Positions 1 through 10,489 of a stretch of 64,000 nucleotides of DNA are shown piece by piece. Below the pieces are notes generated by a model. It worked only from the letters and a program-made list of their open reading frames with translations, did not search any database and was not told the DNA's origin. The stretch's first letter is position 1. Every line of letters begins with the position of its first letter. Made by a program: the position numbers and the translations under genes. Origin of the DNA: an uncultured Candidatus Rokubacteria bacterium (lineage in GTDB: Bacteria; Methylomirabilota; Methylomirabilia; Rokubacteriales; DASRDR01); contig CAVPSB010000002.1 in assembly GCA_963708025.1 (NCBI GenBank), positions 192,001-256,000 on the forward strand. Reading direction: 5' to 3'.

Positions 1-976
1 CCGAGTCGGGCGTCAGGGGGTACAGGCCGGCCCACCCGCCCTGGACCGTGAAGCGGCCGGCGGCCGGATAGCGAGCGGACAGGAGCTCCGACACCCGGGC
101 GGCGTAGTCCCAGTCGGAATCCAGGCGGAAGGCGTCCGCGATCTCCGGGCGCTCCCAGTCGCCGTGCCCTTCCCAGTGGAGCCCCGCGATGAGGCGGCGC
201 GGGGTGTCGTCCCGGAAGTAGAGGCCCTCGCGCTCGATCCCCGGCACGTAGTCCATGGTCATGGGGACGGGCCGCGCGAAGGGCTCGGGGGGCTCGAAGA
301 TGACGATCTGCCGCCGGTACCCGTCCACGGGCAGCTCGACGTCGGCCAGCCGGCCGATCGACCGGGCCCACGCCCCCGCCGCGTTGACCACGGTCTCGCA
401 GGCGATCTCCTCGTCGCCACAGACCACGCCGGCGACCCGGCCGCTCCGGACCCGGATGCCGGTCACGCGGCGTCCCAGCCAGGCCTGGCCGCCGCCCTCC
501 CTGCCGAGCTGCACGAACAGCTCGCACAGCCGGACGGGGTCGATGTACCCGTCGGAGGGGCCGAACAGGGCGCCGGCGAGATCCTCGACATGGAGGTCCG
601 GCACCTGCCGCCGGACATCCGCGCGATCGAGGACGAGGGCATCGGCGACGCCGTACTCGCGCTGTATCTCGACGCTCCGCTGGAAGCGACCGAGGTCCTC
701 CGCCGAGTGGCCGAGCCGCATGTACCCGTGGTGCACGAACGGCAGGCCGTGGTCCCGCTCGAAGCGCCGGAACAGCGCCATCGACCGGCCGCACAGCGCG
801 ATCTTTTCCGGGGCGAGATACTGGGTCTCCGCGACCGCCGCCGAGCGGCCGGAGGACCCGGCGGCGAGCCCGGCCTGCTCCACGAGGACGACGTCCCGGA
901 GCCCCCGCTGAACCAGATGATAGAAGCAGCTCGTCCCGATGGCTCCGCCGCCGATCACGACCGCGCTGGCGTGCAT
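1..976 (-). CDS. FAD-dependent oxidoreductase, DAO/sarcosine oxidase-beta family (3' end runs off window)
   Basis: Not in ORF track; read manually on the minus strand from ATG at 976: MHASAVVIGGGAIGTSCFYHL (GxGxxG Rossmann motif). Later segments ...DGYIDP... and ...WAGLYPLTPD... fit the family. Confidence 0.85.
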   Translation of the reverse strand, partial: MHASAVVIGGGAIGTSCFYHLVQRGLRDVVLVEQAGLAAGSSGRSAAVAETQYLAPEKIALCGRSMALFRRFERDHGLPFVHHGYMRLGHSAEDLGRFQRSVEIQREYGVADALVLDRADVRRQVPDLHVEDLAGALFGPSDGYIDPVRLCELFVQLGREGGGQAWLGRRVTGIRVRSGRVAGVVCGDEEIACETVVNAAGAWARSIGRLADVELPVDGYRRQIVIFEPPEPFARPVPMTMDYVPGIEREGLYFRDDTPRRLIAGLHWEGHGDWERPEIADAFRLDSDWDYAARVSELLSARYPAAGRFTVQGGWAGLYPLTPDS

Positions 977-995
977 ACCTTCTCCCGGGCCCCGG

Positions 996-1832
996 CTAGG
1001 GCGATGCCGGCATGGTCAGGCCGTGCATCCCGCGGTAGTCGGAGGGCGACGGGGAGCGCCAGCCGTCCAGCAGGGTGGCGGCCGGCTGGTAGATCTCGAC
1101 GCCCAGCGGGCGGCAAACCGAGATGGGGTCTCCGGCATCCGGGCCCCAGATCGGAATGGAGAGATCGCCCCCCGGACAGGTCGAGATCGCGCAGAGCAGG
1201 TCGATCTCGGCGAAGAACTCGAAGAAGTCGCCTTTCCGCGCCGGACTGGCCTTCATGAAGTAGCGGTCGTCCACGAGGCCCGTGACCTGGAAGATGTTGA
1301 GGACGTCGTGGACGTCGAGCTCGGTGAGGCCGTAGGGGAGGATCGCGCGGGTCAGGTTCGAGTGGCAGTGGAGGTCGAAGTCCTGCCCGGTCAGGAGCTT
1401 GTTGACGTAGGGGTCGCAGCGGGTCCCCAGGAGATCGTGGCACCGCCCGCCGTCCGCATCGACCCCGTACTGGACGGTGTCGTTCGTGATCGTGAGCAGG
1501 GGACGCAGGTACGGGAGCGTCGACCACAATCGATCGAACGTCGTCACGTGGGCGCGGTGGAGCTGCTTGGTCCGGGCGGCCCAGAACCGCTCACGGGGGT
1601 TGTGGAGGCTCCAGCAGTTGAAGTCGGCGACCTGGGGGCCTTCCACCACGACGATCCGGCAGAGCTGGCCGGCCCTGACCGGCCACGCCCGGCCCGAGCG
1701 GATCGGCACGACGAACCGATCGACCGTCGTGCGCTGGTCGGTCTCCCGGGCCAGGCGTCCGTAGAACGCGCGGTCCGCTTCCAGGGGTCCACCCGGAGTC
1801 GTCGGCAGATAGGTCCAGAGGCTCGAGGACAT
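996..1832 (-). CDS. DUF1989 / urea carboxylase-associated family protein
   Basis: Motifs EGPQVADFN, HDLLGTRCDPY, HCHSNL, DVLNIFQ, STCPGGDLS. ATG 1832 has GAGGGAG upstream. Confidence 0.85.
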   Translation of the reverse strand: MSSSLWTYLPTTPGGPLEADRAFYGRLARETDQRTTVDRFVVPIRSGRAWPVRAGQLCRIVVVEGPQVADFNCWSLHNPRERFWAARTKQLHRAHVTTFDRLWSTLPYLRPLLTITNDTVQYGVDADGGRCHDLLGTRCDPYVNKLLTGQDFDLHCHSNLTRAILPYGLTELDVHDVLNIFQVTGLVDDRYFMKASPARKGDFFEFFAEIDLLCAISTCPGGDLSIPIWGPDAGDPISVCRPLGVEIYQPAATLLDGWRSPSPSDYRGMHGLTMPASP

Positions 1833-1914
1833 CGGTGGCTCCCTCATCTTCCGGCTCGCCCGGAGGTGGACTCAGCGTAGCCTCGGGGAACCAGAGGGTC
1901 AAGGCGTGGTCCGC

Positions 1915-1943
1915 TTGACCCGCGCTCTCCCGCTCACTATGCT
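1915..1943 (+). promoter_or_regulatory. sigma70-type promoter for DJ-1/PfpI gene
   Basis: TTGACC-17 nt-TATGCT. Confidence 0.55.
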
Positions 1944-1979
1944 GGCTTCCACGCGCGATCGATGCAGGAGGACAACGCC

Positions 1980-2711
1980 ATGGACAAGTGGAACGTCGGC
2001 ATCCTGATCTTCGACGACGTCGAGATCCTCGACTTCGCCGGCCCCTACGAGGTCTTCTCGCGGACCCGCCTCGTGGCCGGTCCGGAATCGCGGCGCTCGG
2101 AGGACAGCGCGCCGTTCCACGTCTTCACCGTGGCCCGGACGGCGGCGCCGATCGTCACGACCGGCGGCCTCCGGGTCGAGCCCCACCACGGGTTCGCCGA
2201 CGCGCCGCCGATCGACCTGCTCGTCGTTCCGGGCGGGTGGGGGACCCGCCGGCTGATGCAGGATGCCGAGATGCTGGGGTGGATCGACCGGGTGGCAGCC
2301 CGGGCCCGCAAGGTCACCTCCGTGTGCACCGGCTCGCTCCTCCTGGCCCGGACCGGTCGACTGCAGGGGCGGCACGCGACCACCCACTGGGGGGCGCTCG
2401 ACACCCTCGCCTCGCTCCAGGAGGGCGTGACCGTCGAGCGCGAGCATCGCGTGGTCGACGACGGCATCATCACCTCGGCCGGGGTGGCGTCGGGGATCGA
2501 CATGGCCTTCTACGTCGTCGAGAGTCTGTTCGGCCCCGACGTCGCCGACGACACCGCCCACTACATCGAGTATCGCCGCGACGCCAAGCCGGCCCTCCGC
2601 GTTGAGAGGTCGACCGGCCCAGGAAGCCGACACCGCGGCTGTGGCATCAACCAGGTCGCGCGCCAGAGCCCGGAGGCCATACGCGAGTTCGGGAGGTCGC
2701 GAGCCCGGTGA
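1980..2711 (+). CDS. DJ-1/PfpI family protein (InhA/ThiJ-like)
   Basis: VEILDFAGPYEVF, VVPGG, SVCTGS (catalytic Cys), ATTHW, TSAGVASGID; SD AGGAGG before ATG 1980; the C-terminal ~45 aa look non-conserved. Confidence 0.88.
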   Translation: MDKWNVGILIFDDVEILDFAGPYEVFSRTRLVAGPESRRSEDSAPFHVFTVARTAAPIVTTGGLRVEPHHGFADAPPIDLLVVPGGWGTRRLMQDAEMLGWIDRVAARARKVTSVCTGSLLLARTGRLQGRHATTHWGALDTLASLQEGVTVEREHRVVDDGIITSAGVASGIDMAFYVVESLFGPDVADDTAHYIEYRRDAKPALRVERSTGPGSRHRGCGINQVARQSPEAIREFGRSRAR

Positions 2712-2860
2712 TGCGGAATGGCGGACTCAAGGCTCGAGGCGTCGGCAAGGGCGGTGCGGGCGGTGGAACGTTGGAGGCTACGCCCTGCGGCTGTTTTATC
2801 GGTTCGTTGCGGCTGGTTTCGGCAGTCTTCGGCGCGGTGGGCACTCCTGCCTAGTTTTGG

Positions 2861-3279
2861 TTGTCGTTCTTCACGGTGTTCCTTACGAGCCTCGCGGTTG
2901 TCCCATCTCTCTGTTCGCTCTTCGCATCCGTCGGCGCTGTTTGGTTCCTTCGCAGATCGCCTGCCGTTGAATGGGACGAGGCGGGCCTGACCCTGGGGTT
3001 TCTGTTCCACACGGAAAGGGTGAGGTGGGACGAGATCGAGTCGTTTCAGCCGTCCGACGTGGATCCGGCAGGCGAGGATGGAGGGCCGACGCCGGAACGG
3101 TCTGGACCGTCATCACCTACACGCGCTCTGGCGATGCCCGGCGACCGCCGTATAAAGCGATCCTCGCGCTCCCCGGGGTAATCGAGAACTTTCTTCGTGT
3201 CCCGGACGAGTGGATCACCGTCTTGGATCGGCGGGTCCCACAGCGGAACCGAACACCTGGCAGAGCGAGGATGGAATAG
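2861..3279 (+). CDS. hypothetical small membrane protein, apparently split by frameshift(s)
   Basis: Hydrophobic segment followed by VEWDEAGLTLGFLFHTERVRWDEIESF (2861..3181 frame), continuing in the 2971..3279 frame; atypical lower-GC codon usage. Confidence 0.35.
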
Positions 3280-3690
3280 AGACGAGGCCCTGCGCAGGCG
3301 GAGGCGAGGCGCACGGCCGTGATGTCTCACGACTGGGCTGAGCCGGGCGCCGCTGGGCTAGCCCGCGCCCCGCCGCTTTCTGACCGCCGCCCGCTTCCGC
3401 TCGTCCAGCCGGGTGATGGCCGCCGCGGGCCGGGCGGGCGGCGGCTCCGCCCGCCTGGAGGGTGTCGGCGGGGATCCGGCACCCCCCACCTGTGCGAATC
3501 GAGATCTCCGCGCCCCCCCGAGAGAGGAGGGGCGGGCCACCCACGGCATTCCACATACCCCGAACCGCCTCGCCGGTTGACGGCCTCGCCGAACGTTGCT
3601 ACCGTTTGCGGCGCGGGCGGCGGGGGGGCTGTGGTCGCCTGGCAGCGCACGTCTTCGTTCTCGCCCATCCCTTTCTGAGGAGGACCAGTC

Positions 3691-4923
3691 ATGACGCGAG
3701 AAGCGTCCGATCCCGAGAACGGCCGCCACATGTCGCGGCGGGCAGTCATCACGGCCATGGGGGCGATCGCCGGCGCCGCGGTGCTCGCGCCCCGTATCGC
3801 CGCCGCCCAGCCCCCGGGCGGACCCGTCGCGCCGCCGAGCACCGTCACCAGCCCCCCGCGCGACTTCGGCCCCGGCGGGGCGCCCACCACCTACTTCTGG
3901 GACCCGGACATCATCGCCGTCGACCCGATGTTCGAGGGCCTGGCCCAGCCCAACAGCGCGATCAGGCGCCTGTGGACCGGCGCGCTCTGGTCGGAGGGGC
4001 CGGCCTGGAGCAGCCAGGGCCGCTACCTGGTGTGGAGCGACATCCCCAACAACCGGCAGCTCCGCTGGCTGGAAGACGACGGCGGCGTGAGCGTCTTCCG
4101 CATGCCGTCGAACAACAGCAACGGCAACACCTTCGACTTCCAGGGCCGTCAGCTCTCCTGCGAGCACCTCACCCGGCGCGTCGTCCGCTACGAGAACGAC
4201 GGCTCGATCACCGTCATCGCGGACGCCTACAACGGCAAGCGGCTCAACTCCCCGAACGACGTCGTCCCCCACCCGGACGGGAGCTACTGGTTCACCGACC
4301 CGCCCTACGGCGGGCAGCTCTACGAGGGGGCGCCGGACGCGGCCGGCGGGCCGAGCAACGCGGCGGGCCGGCTCAAGCCGCGGCTGGGCCAGGCCGCCGA
4401 GATCGGCGGCGCCAAGCGGGAGCTGCCGACGGCCGTGTATCGCGTGGATCCGAGTGGTCGCGTGGACATGGTCGCGGACGAGAGCCAGACCCCGGATCCG
4501 AACGGGCTCACGTTCTCGCCCGACTACAAGAAGCTGTACGTCGTCACCACCGGCAAGGGGCCGGGCGACACCGGGCCGGGCGGCAAGGGTGAGATGTTCG
4601 TCTTCGATGTCGGGTCCGACAACAAGCTCTCCGGCTACAAGCTCTTCAGCGACTTCATGGTCGACGGGGTGAAGTGCGGGCCGGACGGCGTGCGGAGCGA
4701 CGTCGACGGCAACCTGTGGTGCTCGAGCAACGCCGGCCGGGCCGTCGGCTACAGCGGCGTGACGGTGTGGACGCCGGAGGGCAAGCTCGTCGGGCGCATC
4801 CGGCTCCCGGAGATCTGCGGCAACGTCTGCTTCGGCGGCCCCAAGCGCAACCGCCTGTTCATGGCCGCCAGCCAGTCGCTGTACGCGGTGTACCTCAACA
4901 CCCAGGGAGCGGCCCCGGGCTAG
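3691..4923 (+). CDS. SMP-30/gluconolactonase/LRE family protein, Tat-exported
   Basis: SRRAVI twin-arginine leader; WSEGPAW, SDIPNNR, NSPNDVV, PNGLTFSPD, PDGVRSD motifs; SD GAGGAGG. Confidence 0.9.
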   Translation: MTREASDPENGRHMSRRAVITAMGAIAGAAVLAPRIAAAQPPGGPVAPPSTVTSPPRDFGPGGAPTTYFWDPDIIAVDPMFEGLAQPNSAIRRLWTGALWSEGPAWSSQGRYLVWSDIPNNRQLRWLEDDGGVSVFRMPSNNSNGNTFDFQGRQLSCEHLTRRVVRYENDGSITVIADAYNGKRLNSPNDVVPHPDGSYWFTDPPYGGQLYEGAPDAAGGPSNAAGRLKPRLGQAAEIGGAKRELPTAVYRVDPSGRVDMVADESQTPDPNGLTFSPDYKKLYVVTTGKGPGDTGPGGKGEMFVFDVGSDNKLSGYKLFSDFMVDGVKCGPDGVRSDVDGNLWCSSNAGRAVGYSGVTVWTPEGKLVGRIRLPEICGNVCFGGPKRNRLFMAASQSLYAVYLNTQGAAPG

Positions 4924-5044
4924 GCGCAGGTCCGCCCACGAGAGGTCCGGGAGGGGGCGTCGCCCCCCCCCCCGGGACTTCACCGACCGCCGGCGACGGC
5001 GCCCCGGCCGGGGCTCACCCGGGGAAGGGGCGGGAAGGAATCCC

Positions 5045-6505
5045 ATGGCCGACCAGCACCGCATGTTCATCGACGGGCAGTGGGTGGAAGGCCAGTCCGG
5101 CCGGACCTTCGCCGTGAGGGATCCGGCCACCGGCGAGGCGATCGCCGAGGTGGCCGACGGCGGCGCCGCCGAGGCGACCCGGGCGGTCGAGGCCGCCGCT
5201 CGGGCGCTCCCGGCCTGGGCGGCGACGCCGGCCCGCGAGCGCGCCCCCGTCCTCCACCGGATCCAGGCCCTCATGGAGGCGCGGCGGGACGACCTGGCCC
5301 GCCTGGTGACGCGCGAGAACGGCAAGCCCTTCGAGGAGGCGCGGCGGGAGGTCGCCTTCGCCCTGGGCTACTTCGGCTGGTTCGCCGAGGAGGCGCGGCG
5401 TGCGTACGGGGACCTCGTGCCCTCGCCGTTCCGGGACAAGCGGCTCTGGGTCGTCCACCAGCCGGTCGGCGTGGTGGCCGCCATCACGCCGTGGAACTTC
5501 CCGGCGACGATGGTGACCCGCAAGATCGCTCCCGCCCTCGCGGCGGGCTGCCCGGTGGTCCTCAAGCCGGCCTCGGCCACGCCGCTGACGGCCCTGGCCC
5601 TGGCCGAGATCACCGCCGAGGCGGGGCTCCCGGCCGGCGTCTTCAACGTCGTGACCGGCGCCAAGTCCCGTCCGATCGGCGACGCCCTGGTCGGTCACCC
5701 GCTGGTCCGGAAGATCGCCTTCACCGGCTCGACCGACGTCGGGAAGCAGCTCATGCAGGCGGCGGCGCGCTCCCTCAAGCGCGTGTCGTTCGAGCTGGGC
5801 GGCAACGCGCCGTTCGTCGTCTTCGACGACGCCGACCTGGACGCGGCCGTCGAGGGCGCGGTGGCCATCAAGTATCTGCGGGTCGGCGGCCAGTCGTGTA
5901 TCTGCGCGAACCGGATCTTCGTCCAGGACACCATCGCCGAGCGCTTCATCCCGCGCTTCGTGGAGGCGGTGCGGGCGCTCCGGGTGGGGCCGGGGTTCGA
6001 GCCCGGGGTGGTCGTTGGCCCCCTCATCAACGAAGAGACGCGCAAGCACGTCCACGGCCTCGTCGAGGACGCGGTGGCCCGGGGGGCGCGGGTGGCGCTG
6101 GGCGGCGGGGCGCTGAGCGAGGGGCCGCTGGCCCGGGGCTACTTTTACGCGCCCACCGTGCTCCTGGACGTCCGGGACGAGATGCGGGTCTGCCGGGAGG
6201 AGATCTTCGGCCCGGTGGCGCCGGTGCTGACGTTCGCGAGCGAGGCCGAGCTGATTGCCCGGGCCAACGACACCCAGTACGGGCTGGCGGCGTACCTCTA
6301 CGCCCGCGACCTCGGCCGGGTCACGCGCGTGGCCGAGGCCCTCCAGTACGGGCTGATCGGGGTCAATGACGCCGCCGGGTACACCCACGAGATCCCCTTC
6401 GGCGGGTTCAAGGAGTCCGGCATCGGCCGGGAAGGTGGGCGGGAGGGCATCCACGAGTACACGGAGGTCAAGTCGGTCGTGGTGAACCTGCCGGCGCCCC
6501 GGTAG
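5045..6505 (+). CDS. gabD: NAD(P)-dependent succinate-semialdehyde dehydrogenase family aldehyde dehydrogenase
   Basis: ITPWNFP, FTGSTDVG, ELGGNAP, GQSCICANR, EEIFGP, FGGFKESGIGREG. Confidence 0.85.
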   Translation: MADQHRMFIDGQWVEGQSGRTFAVRDPATGEAIAEVADGGAAEATRAVEAAARALPAWAATPARERAPVLHRIQALMEARRDDLARLVTRENGKPFEEARREVAFALGYFGWFAEEARRAYGDLVPSPFRDKRLWVVHQPVGVVAAITPWNFPATMVTRKIAPALAAGCPVVLKPASATPLTALALAEITAEAGLPAGVFNVVTGAKSRPIGDALVGHPLVRKIAFTGSTDVGKQLMQAAARSLKRVSFELGGNAPFVVFDDADLDAAVEGAVAIKYLRVGGQSCICANRIFVQDTIAERFIPRFVEAVRALRVGPGFEPGVVVGPLINEETRKHVHGLVEDAVARGARVALGGGALSEGPLARGYFYAPTVLLDVRDEMRVCREEIFGPVAPVLTFASEAELIARANDTQYGLAAYLYARDLGRVTRVAEALQYGLIGVNDAAGYTHEIPFGGFKESGIGREGGREGIHEYTEVKSVVVNLPAPR

Positions 6506-6510
6506 ATCCT

Positions 6511-6625
6511 TCGGGGGGGTCTCGGAAGACCCCCCCGATGCCCCCCCGTCGTGGCGGCGGCTGTTGGACGGCCTTCGGCCTTTGGGCCGCCGCCCGGACG
6601 CTCTTCGTGGCTCACGTCGCACTGC
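6511..6625 (+). repeat. intergenic palindromic repeat family R1 (copy with nested module)
   Basis: cgggggggtctcggaagacccccccgatgccccccc hairpin, then ggcggcggc[module]gccgccgcc, then ctcttcgtggctcacgtcgcac; shares blocks with 13863, 54319, 34668, 59123. Confidence 0.8.
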
Positions 6626-6671
6626 AGCGACACCACCTGCTCCGATGAGCTCCCAGGGCGGCTCGCGCGCC

Positions 6672-9131
6672 TCACCGCGCGACCGGGCGCACCTCGGCGG
6701 CGGCGGGGGTGAGGGCGTGGCGCAGGACCTCGGCGGCGTCGTCCACGAAGACGAAGGCGAGCTGCCGGCGCAGCTCCTCCGGGACGTCCTCGACGTCCCG
6801 CTCGTTCCGCCCCGGCAGGATCACGGCCCGGATACCGGCCCGGTGCGCGGCCAGGACCTTCTCCTTGATCCCCCCGACCGGCAGCACCTTGCCGCGGAGC
6901 GTGATCTCCCCGGTCATGGCCACGTCGCTCCGCACCGGCCGCCCGGTGGCGAGCGAGGCCAGCGCCGTCATGATGGTCACCCCGGCCGAGGGCCCGTCCT
7001 TGGGGATGGCTCCGGCCGGCACGTGCACGTGGATGGTCTTGCCCTCGAAGAGCTTGGGATCGATGTCGAGCGCCTCGGCGTTGGACCGGACGTAGGAGAC
7101 GGCGGCCTGCGCGCTCTCGCGCATGACGTCGCCGAGCATCCCGGTGAGGAGGAGCCGCTCCTCGGTGCTCGGCATCATGGTGACCTCGACGAACAGGACG
7201 TCGCCCGCCGGTGGGCGTCCAGGCCAGGCCGGTGGCGACACCCGGGCGGGTGGTCCGCTCGGCCACCTCGTCGAAGAACCGCGGCCGGCCGAGGTACTCG
7301 GCCAGGTTGTCGGCGGTGATCCGGACCGGCTCCGCGCTGGCCCTCGGCCAGCCGGCGGGCGACCTTCCGGGCGACGGCGGCGATCTCCCGCTCGAGGTTC
7401 CGCACGCCGGCCTCGCGGGTGTACCCCCGCACGATCTGGCGGAGGGCGTCGGGCTCGAAGGACAGCTCGTCCGTCGCCAGCCCGTGGGCGGCGAGCTGCT
7501 TGGGGATCAGGTACTCTCGCGCGATCCCGATCTTCTCCTCGTCGGTGTACCCGGACAGCGTCAGGATCTCCATCCGGTCACGCAGCGGCCCCGGGATGGT
7601 GTCGAGCGTGTTGGCGGTGGCGATGAACAGCACCTGCGACAGGTCGAAGGCCACCCCGAGGTAGTTGTCGACGAAGGTGTGGTTCTGGGCCGGATCCAGC
7701 ACCTCCAGGAGCGCGGAGGAGGGATCGCCCCGCCAGTCCGCCCCGATCTTGTCGATCTCGTCGAGCATGAAGACGGGATCCCGGGTCTCGGCCCGCCGGA
7801 GCCCCTGGACGATGCGGCCGGGCATCGCGCCGATGTAGGTCCGCCGGTGCCCCCGGATCTCGGCCTCGTCCCGCACACCGCCCAGCGACATGCGGACGAA
7901 CCGCCGGCCCAGGGCCCGGGCGATGCTCTGGCCGAGGCTGGTCTTGCCCACGCCGGGCGGGCCCACGAAGCACAGGATCGGCTCCCGGGCCGGCGTGTCG
8001 CCGGTCACGCGCGGCGGCTCGGCCGGCACCGGGGCCTGGCCGGCGGTGGACGGTTTCGCCTGGCCCGCGCGCTCCTGGCGGAGCTTCTTGACGGCCAGGT
8101 ACTCGAGGATGCGATCCTTGATCTTCTCCAGGTCGAAGTGGTCCTCGTCCAGCACCTGGCGGGCCCGGCGGATGTCGATGGTCCCGCCGCTCAGCCTGCT
8201 CCAGGGCAGGCTCGCCATCCACTCGAGATACGTGTGGATCATGCCGTGCTCCGGCGAGGACGGGGGGATGCCCGCCAGCCGGCTCAGCTCGCGCTCCGCC
8301 TCCCGCCGGGCCTCGTCGGGCAGGCCCGCCTCCTCGATCCGGCGCCGCAGCTCGGCGACGTCGCCCTCGCCCCCTCCGTCCTCCCCGAGCTCCTGCTGGA
8401 TGGAGCGGAGCTGCTCGCGCAGGTAGTACTCGCGCTGCTTCTTGGAGAGCCGCTCCTCGGTGTCGGTCGTGATCTTCCGGCCCAGCTCGCGCACGGCGAG
8501 CTCGCGCTGCAGCAGGTCGATCAGTCGGCGGAGCTTGGCCGGGACCGGGTCCAGCTCGAGGAGCTCCTGCCGCGCCGCCATGTCGAGGGGGACCACCGAG
8601 GCGACGAAGTAGACGACGTGGCGGGGATCGGTGACGTTCTCCACGGCGGCCGCCAGCTCGTCGGGCAGCTCCGGGGACACCGCCACCAGCCGGCGGAAGA
8701 TGTCCACCACCGCCCGCCGCAGCGCGTCCACTTCCGTCGCCGGGGCCGTCAGCTCCCGGGCCACCTCGACCCGCGCGACCAGGTACGGCTCCGTACCCGA
8801 CCAGGTCCAGCAGCCGGACCCGTTCGATGCCCTGGACCATCAGGCGCACGCTGCCGTCGGGAACCCGGGCGAGCTGGTGGATCATGCCCACGGTGCCCAC
8901 CCGGTGGAGCTCGGCCAGCGTGGCCGGCTCCGCCTTCGGGTCACGCTGCGCCACCAGCGCCAGGAGCCGGTTGCCGCGCATGACGTCGTCGACGAGCCGG
9001 ACGGAGCGCGGCTGTCCCACCGCGAGCGGGACGGCCGTCAGCGGGAAGACGACCGCGTCCCGGAGCGGCAGGATCGGGAGCGCATCGGGAACGACGAAGT
9101 CGCCGGAGCCCGCAGCCGGCTGGACGGCCAT
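6672..9131 (-). CDS. lon: Lon ATP-dependent protease (three apparent +1 frameshifts at ~8795, ~7335, ~7207)
   Basis: N-domain [13 protein letters not shown] (ATG 9131); Walker [42 protein letters not shown] (catalytic Ser); GGIKEK. These are spread over four consecutive frame segments. Confidence 0.92.
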
Positions 9132-9544
9132 CAGTCGGCCTCCCCCCGCTTCGGCAGCGTGATGCGGAGCAGGCCCCGCTCGTGGCGCACCTCGACCCGC
9201 TCGGGGTCCACGGACGCCCACAGGGGCACCTCGAGCTGGAAGGGCCCCTGGCGGATGCCGGCCTCCTGGTAGACGGTCCCGGCCTGGCAGGCGGGAAGCT
9301 GCCGGCGCCCCTCGACGACGAGCGCGTCGTCGAAGAGCTGGACCTCGAAGTCCTCCTCCCCGACCCCGGCCAGGTCCACGATGATCTCGATCGTGGTCGG
9401 GGTCTCGTACGCGTCCGCATCGGGCCGCCAGCGAGGCTGGACCAGGAGGCGCAGACGATCGCTCGACCAGACGTCGCCGAGCGGCCACGTGTGGCCGGAG
9501 CGCACCACCATCGCGTAGCGGTAACCCAAGCGTCGGTAGCGCAT
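9131..9544 (-). CDS. Hsp20/alpha-crystallin small heat-shock protein
   Basis: WRPDADAYET, VDLAGV, LVVEGRR, GLLRITLPK; stop overlaps the lon start. Confidence 0.85.
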   Translation of the reverse strand: MRYRRLGYRYAMVVRSGHTWPLGDVWSSDRLRLLVQPRWRPDADAYETPTTIEIIVDLAGVGEEDFEVQLFDDALVVEGRRQLPACQAGTVYQEAGIRQGPFQLEVPLWASVDPERVEVRHERGLLRITLPKRGEAD

Positions 9545-9721
9545 GGCCGGTGCCTCTCATTGTGCGCATCGAACGCCGTCGGGTCAATCCGGCGCGGGCG
9601 GCGGTCGTGGGTGGCCCGACGGGTCCCCCCTCGCGAGGGACCCCGCGGTGAGTTATCCTTGCGTCGGGCGCCCGGCCGGCGCGAACCCATCCGATGCGCC
9701 GCGGGCAGAAGGAGGCGAATC

Positions 9722-10201
9722 ATGGGTCTGCTCGATGAGCTTCTCGGCGGTCTGGCCCGAGGGGGCCTCGGTCAAGGGGTGGAACGGTCGCCGTCGCCGG
9801 CGGGCGGCGGAACGGCCACCGTGCTGATGGCGCTGCTGCCGGTCGTGCTGTCGATGCTCGCCAGCCGGCAGGGTGGCGGGTCGCCCGGCGCGGGAGCGGG
9901 CGGGCTCGGCGGACTGGGCGGGCTGCTCGATCAGCTCCGGCGCACGGGGTACGCGGAGCAGGCCGATTCGTGGGTCGGCACCGGCGACAATCTGCCGATT
10001 TCCCCCGACGTCATCTCGCAGGTGTTCGGCCGGGACGGCCTGTCGCGGATCGCCGCGCAGGCCGGGGTCACCGAGGACGAGGCCTCGGCGGGCCTGTCAC
10101 AGCTGCTGCCGAACGTCGTGGACCGGGTGACGCCACAGGGCCGGATGCCCGACTTCGATTCGCTCGTCGCCAGCGTCGACGACCTGCAGCGTCGGCTCTA
10201 G
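9722..10201 (+). CDS. YidB/DUF937 family protein
   Basis: MGLLDELLGG...GGLGGLLDQL...DSWVGTGDNLPISPD...LSQLLPNVVDRVTPQG; SD AAGGAGG. Confidence 0.85.
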   Translation: MGLLDELLGGLARGGLGQGVERSPSPAGGGTATVLMALLPVVLSMLASRQGGGSPGAGAGGLGGLGGLLDQLRRTGYAEQADSWVGTGDNLPISPDVISQVFGRDGLSRIAAQAGVTEDEASAGLSQLLPNVVDRVTPQGRMPDFDSLVASVDDLQRRL

Positions 10202-10269
10202 GCGCAGGAGGCGGCGGCCCGGGGATTCCGCCGCCACGGTCGGCACGAAGGCCGGGAAGGAGGAGAACA

Positions 10270-10368
10270 ATGGCCGAGGAGCCGAAGGATCAGTGGGACG
10301 CCACGCAGTGGCACGAGGTGAAGAAGGGCGAGACCCCCGCCCCCGGGAACTTGACACATCTGCCATGA
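10270..10368 (+). pseudogene. truncated LysM-domain protein (5' fragment)
   Basis: SD AGGAG then MAEEPKDQWDATQWHEVKKGET, which matches the start of a LysM motif (xVxxGD/ET-L) and then breaks off just before an R1 repeat. Confidence 0.55.
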
Positions 10369-10398
10369 CTTTGGCGCGCCGAGGAACCTCGGGCCGTT

Positions 10399-10465
10399 TC
10401 GGGGGGGTCTCGGGAGACGCCCCAAAGCCCCCATCGGAGGCTGCGGCAAGGTCGCGAGAAGCCAG
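10399..10465 (+). repeat. R1 repeat, internally shortened copy
   Basis: cgggggggtctcgggagacgcccc...tcggaggctgcggc...gcgagaagcc; both ends are shared with the 34668 and 59123 copies. Confidence 0.65.
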
Positions 10466-10489
10466 CCGGCGACAGGAGGTCCCGAACCA

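Noticed and set aside
164-1258. Plus-strand ORFs at the window start
   Set aside because: Antisense shadows of the minus-strand FAD oxidoreductase and DUF1989 genes.
6672-9131. Programmed frameshifting or a true lon pseudogene
   Set aside because: No slippery heptamers are evident; similar indels are scattered across unrelated genes, so sequence error is more parsimonious.
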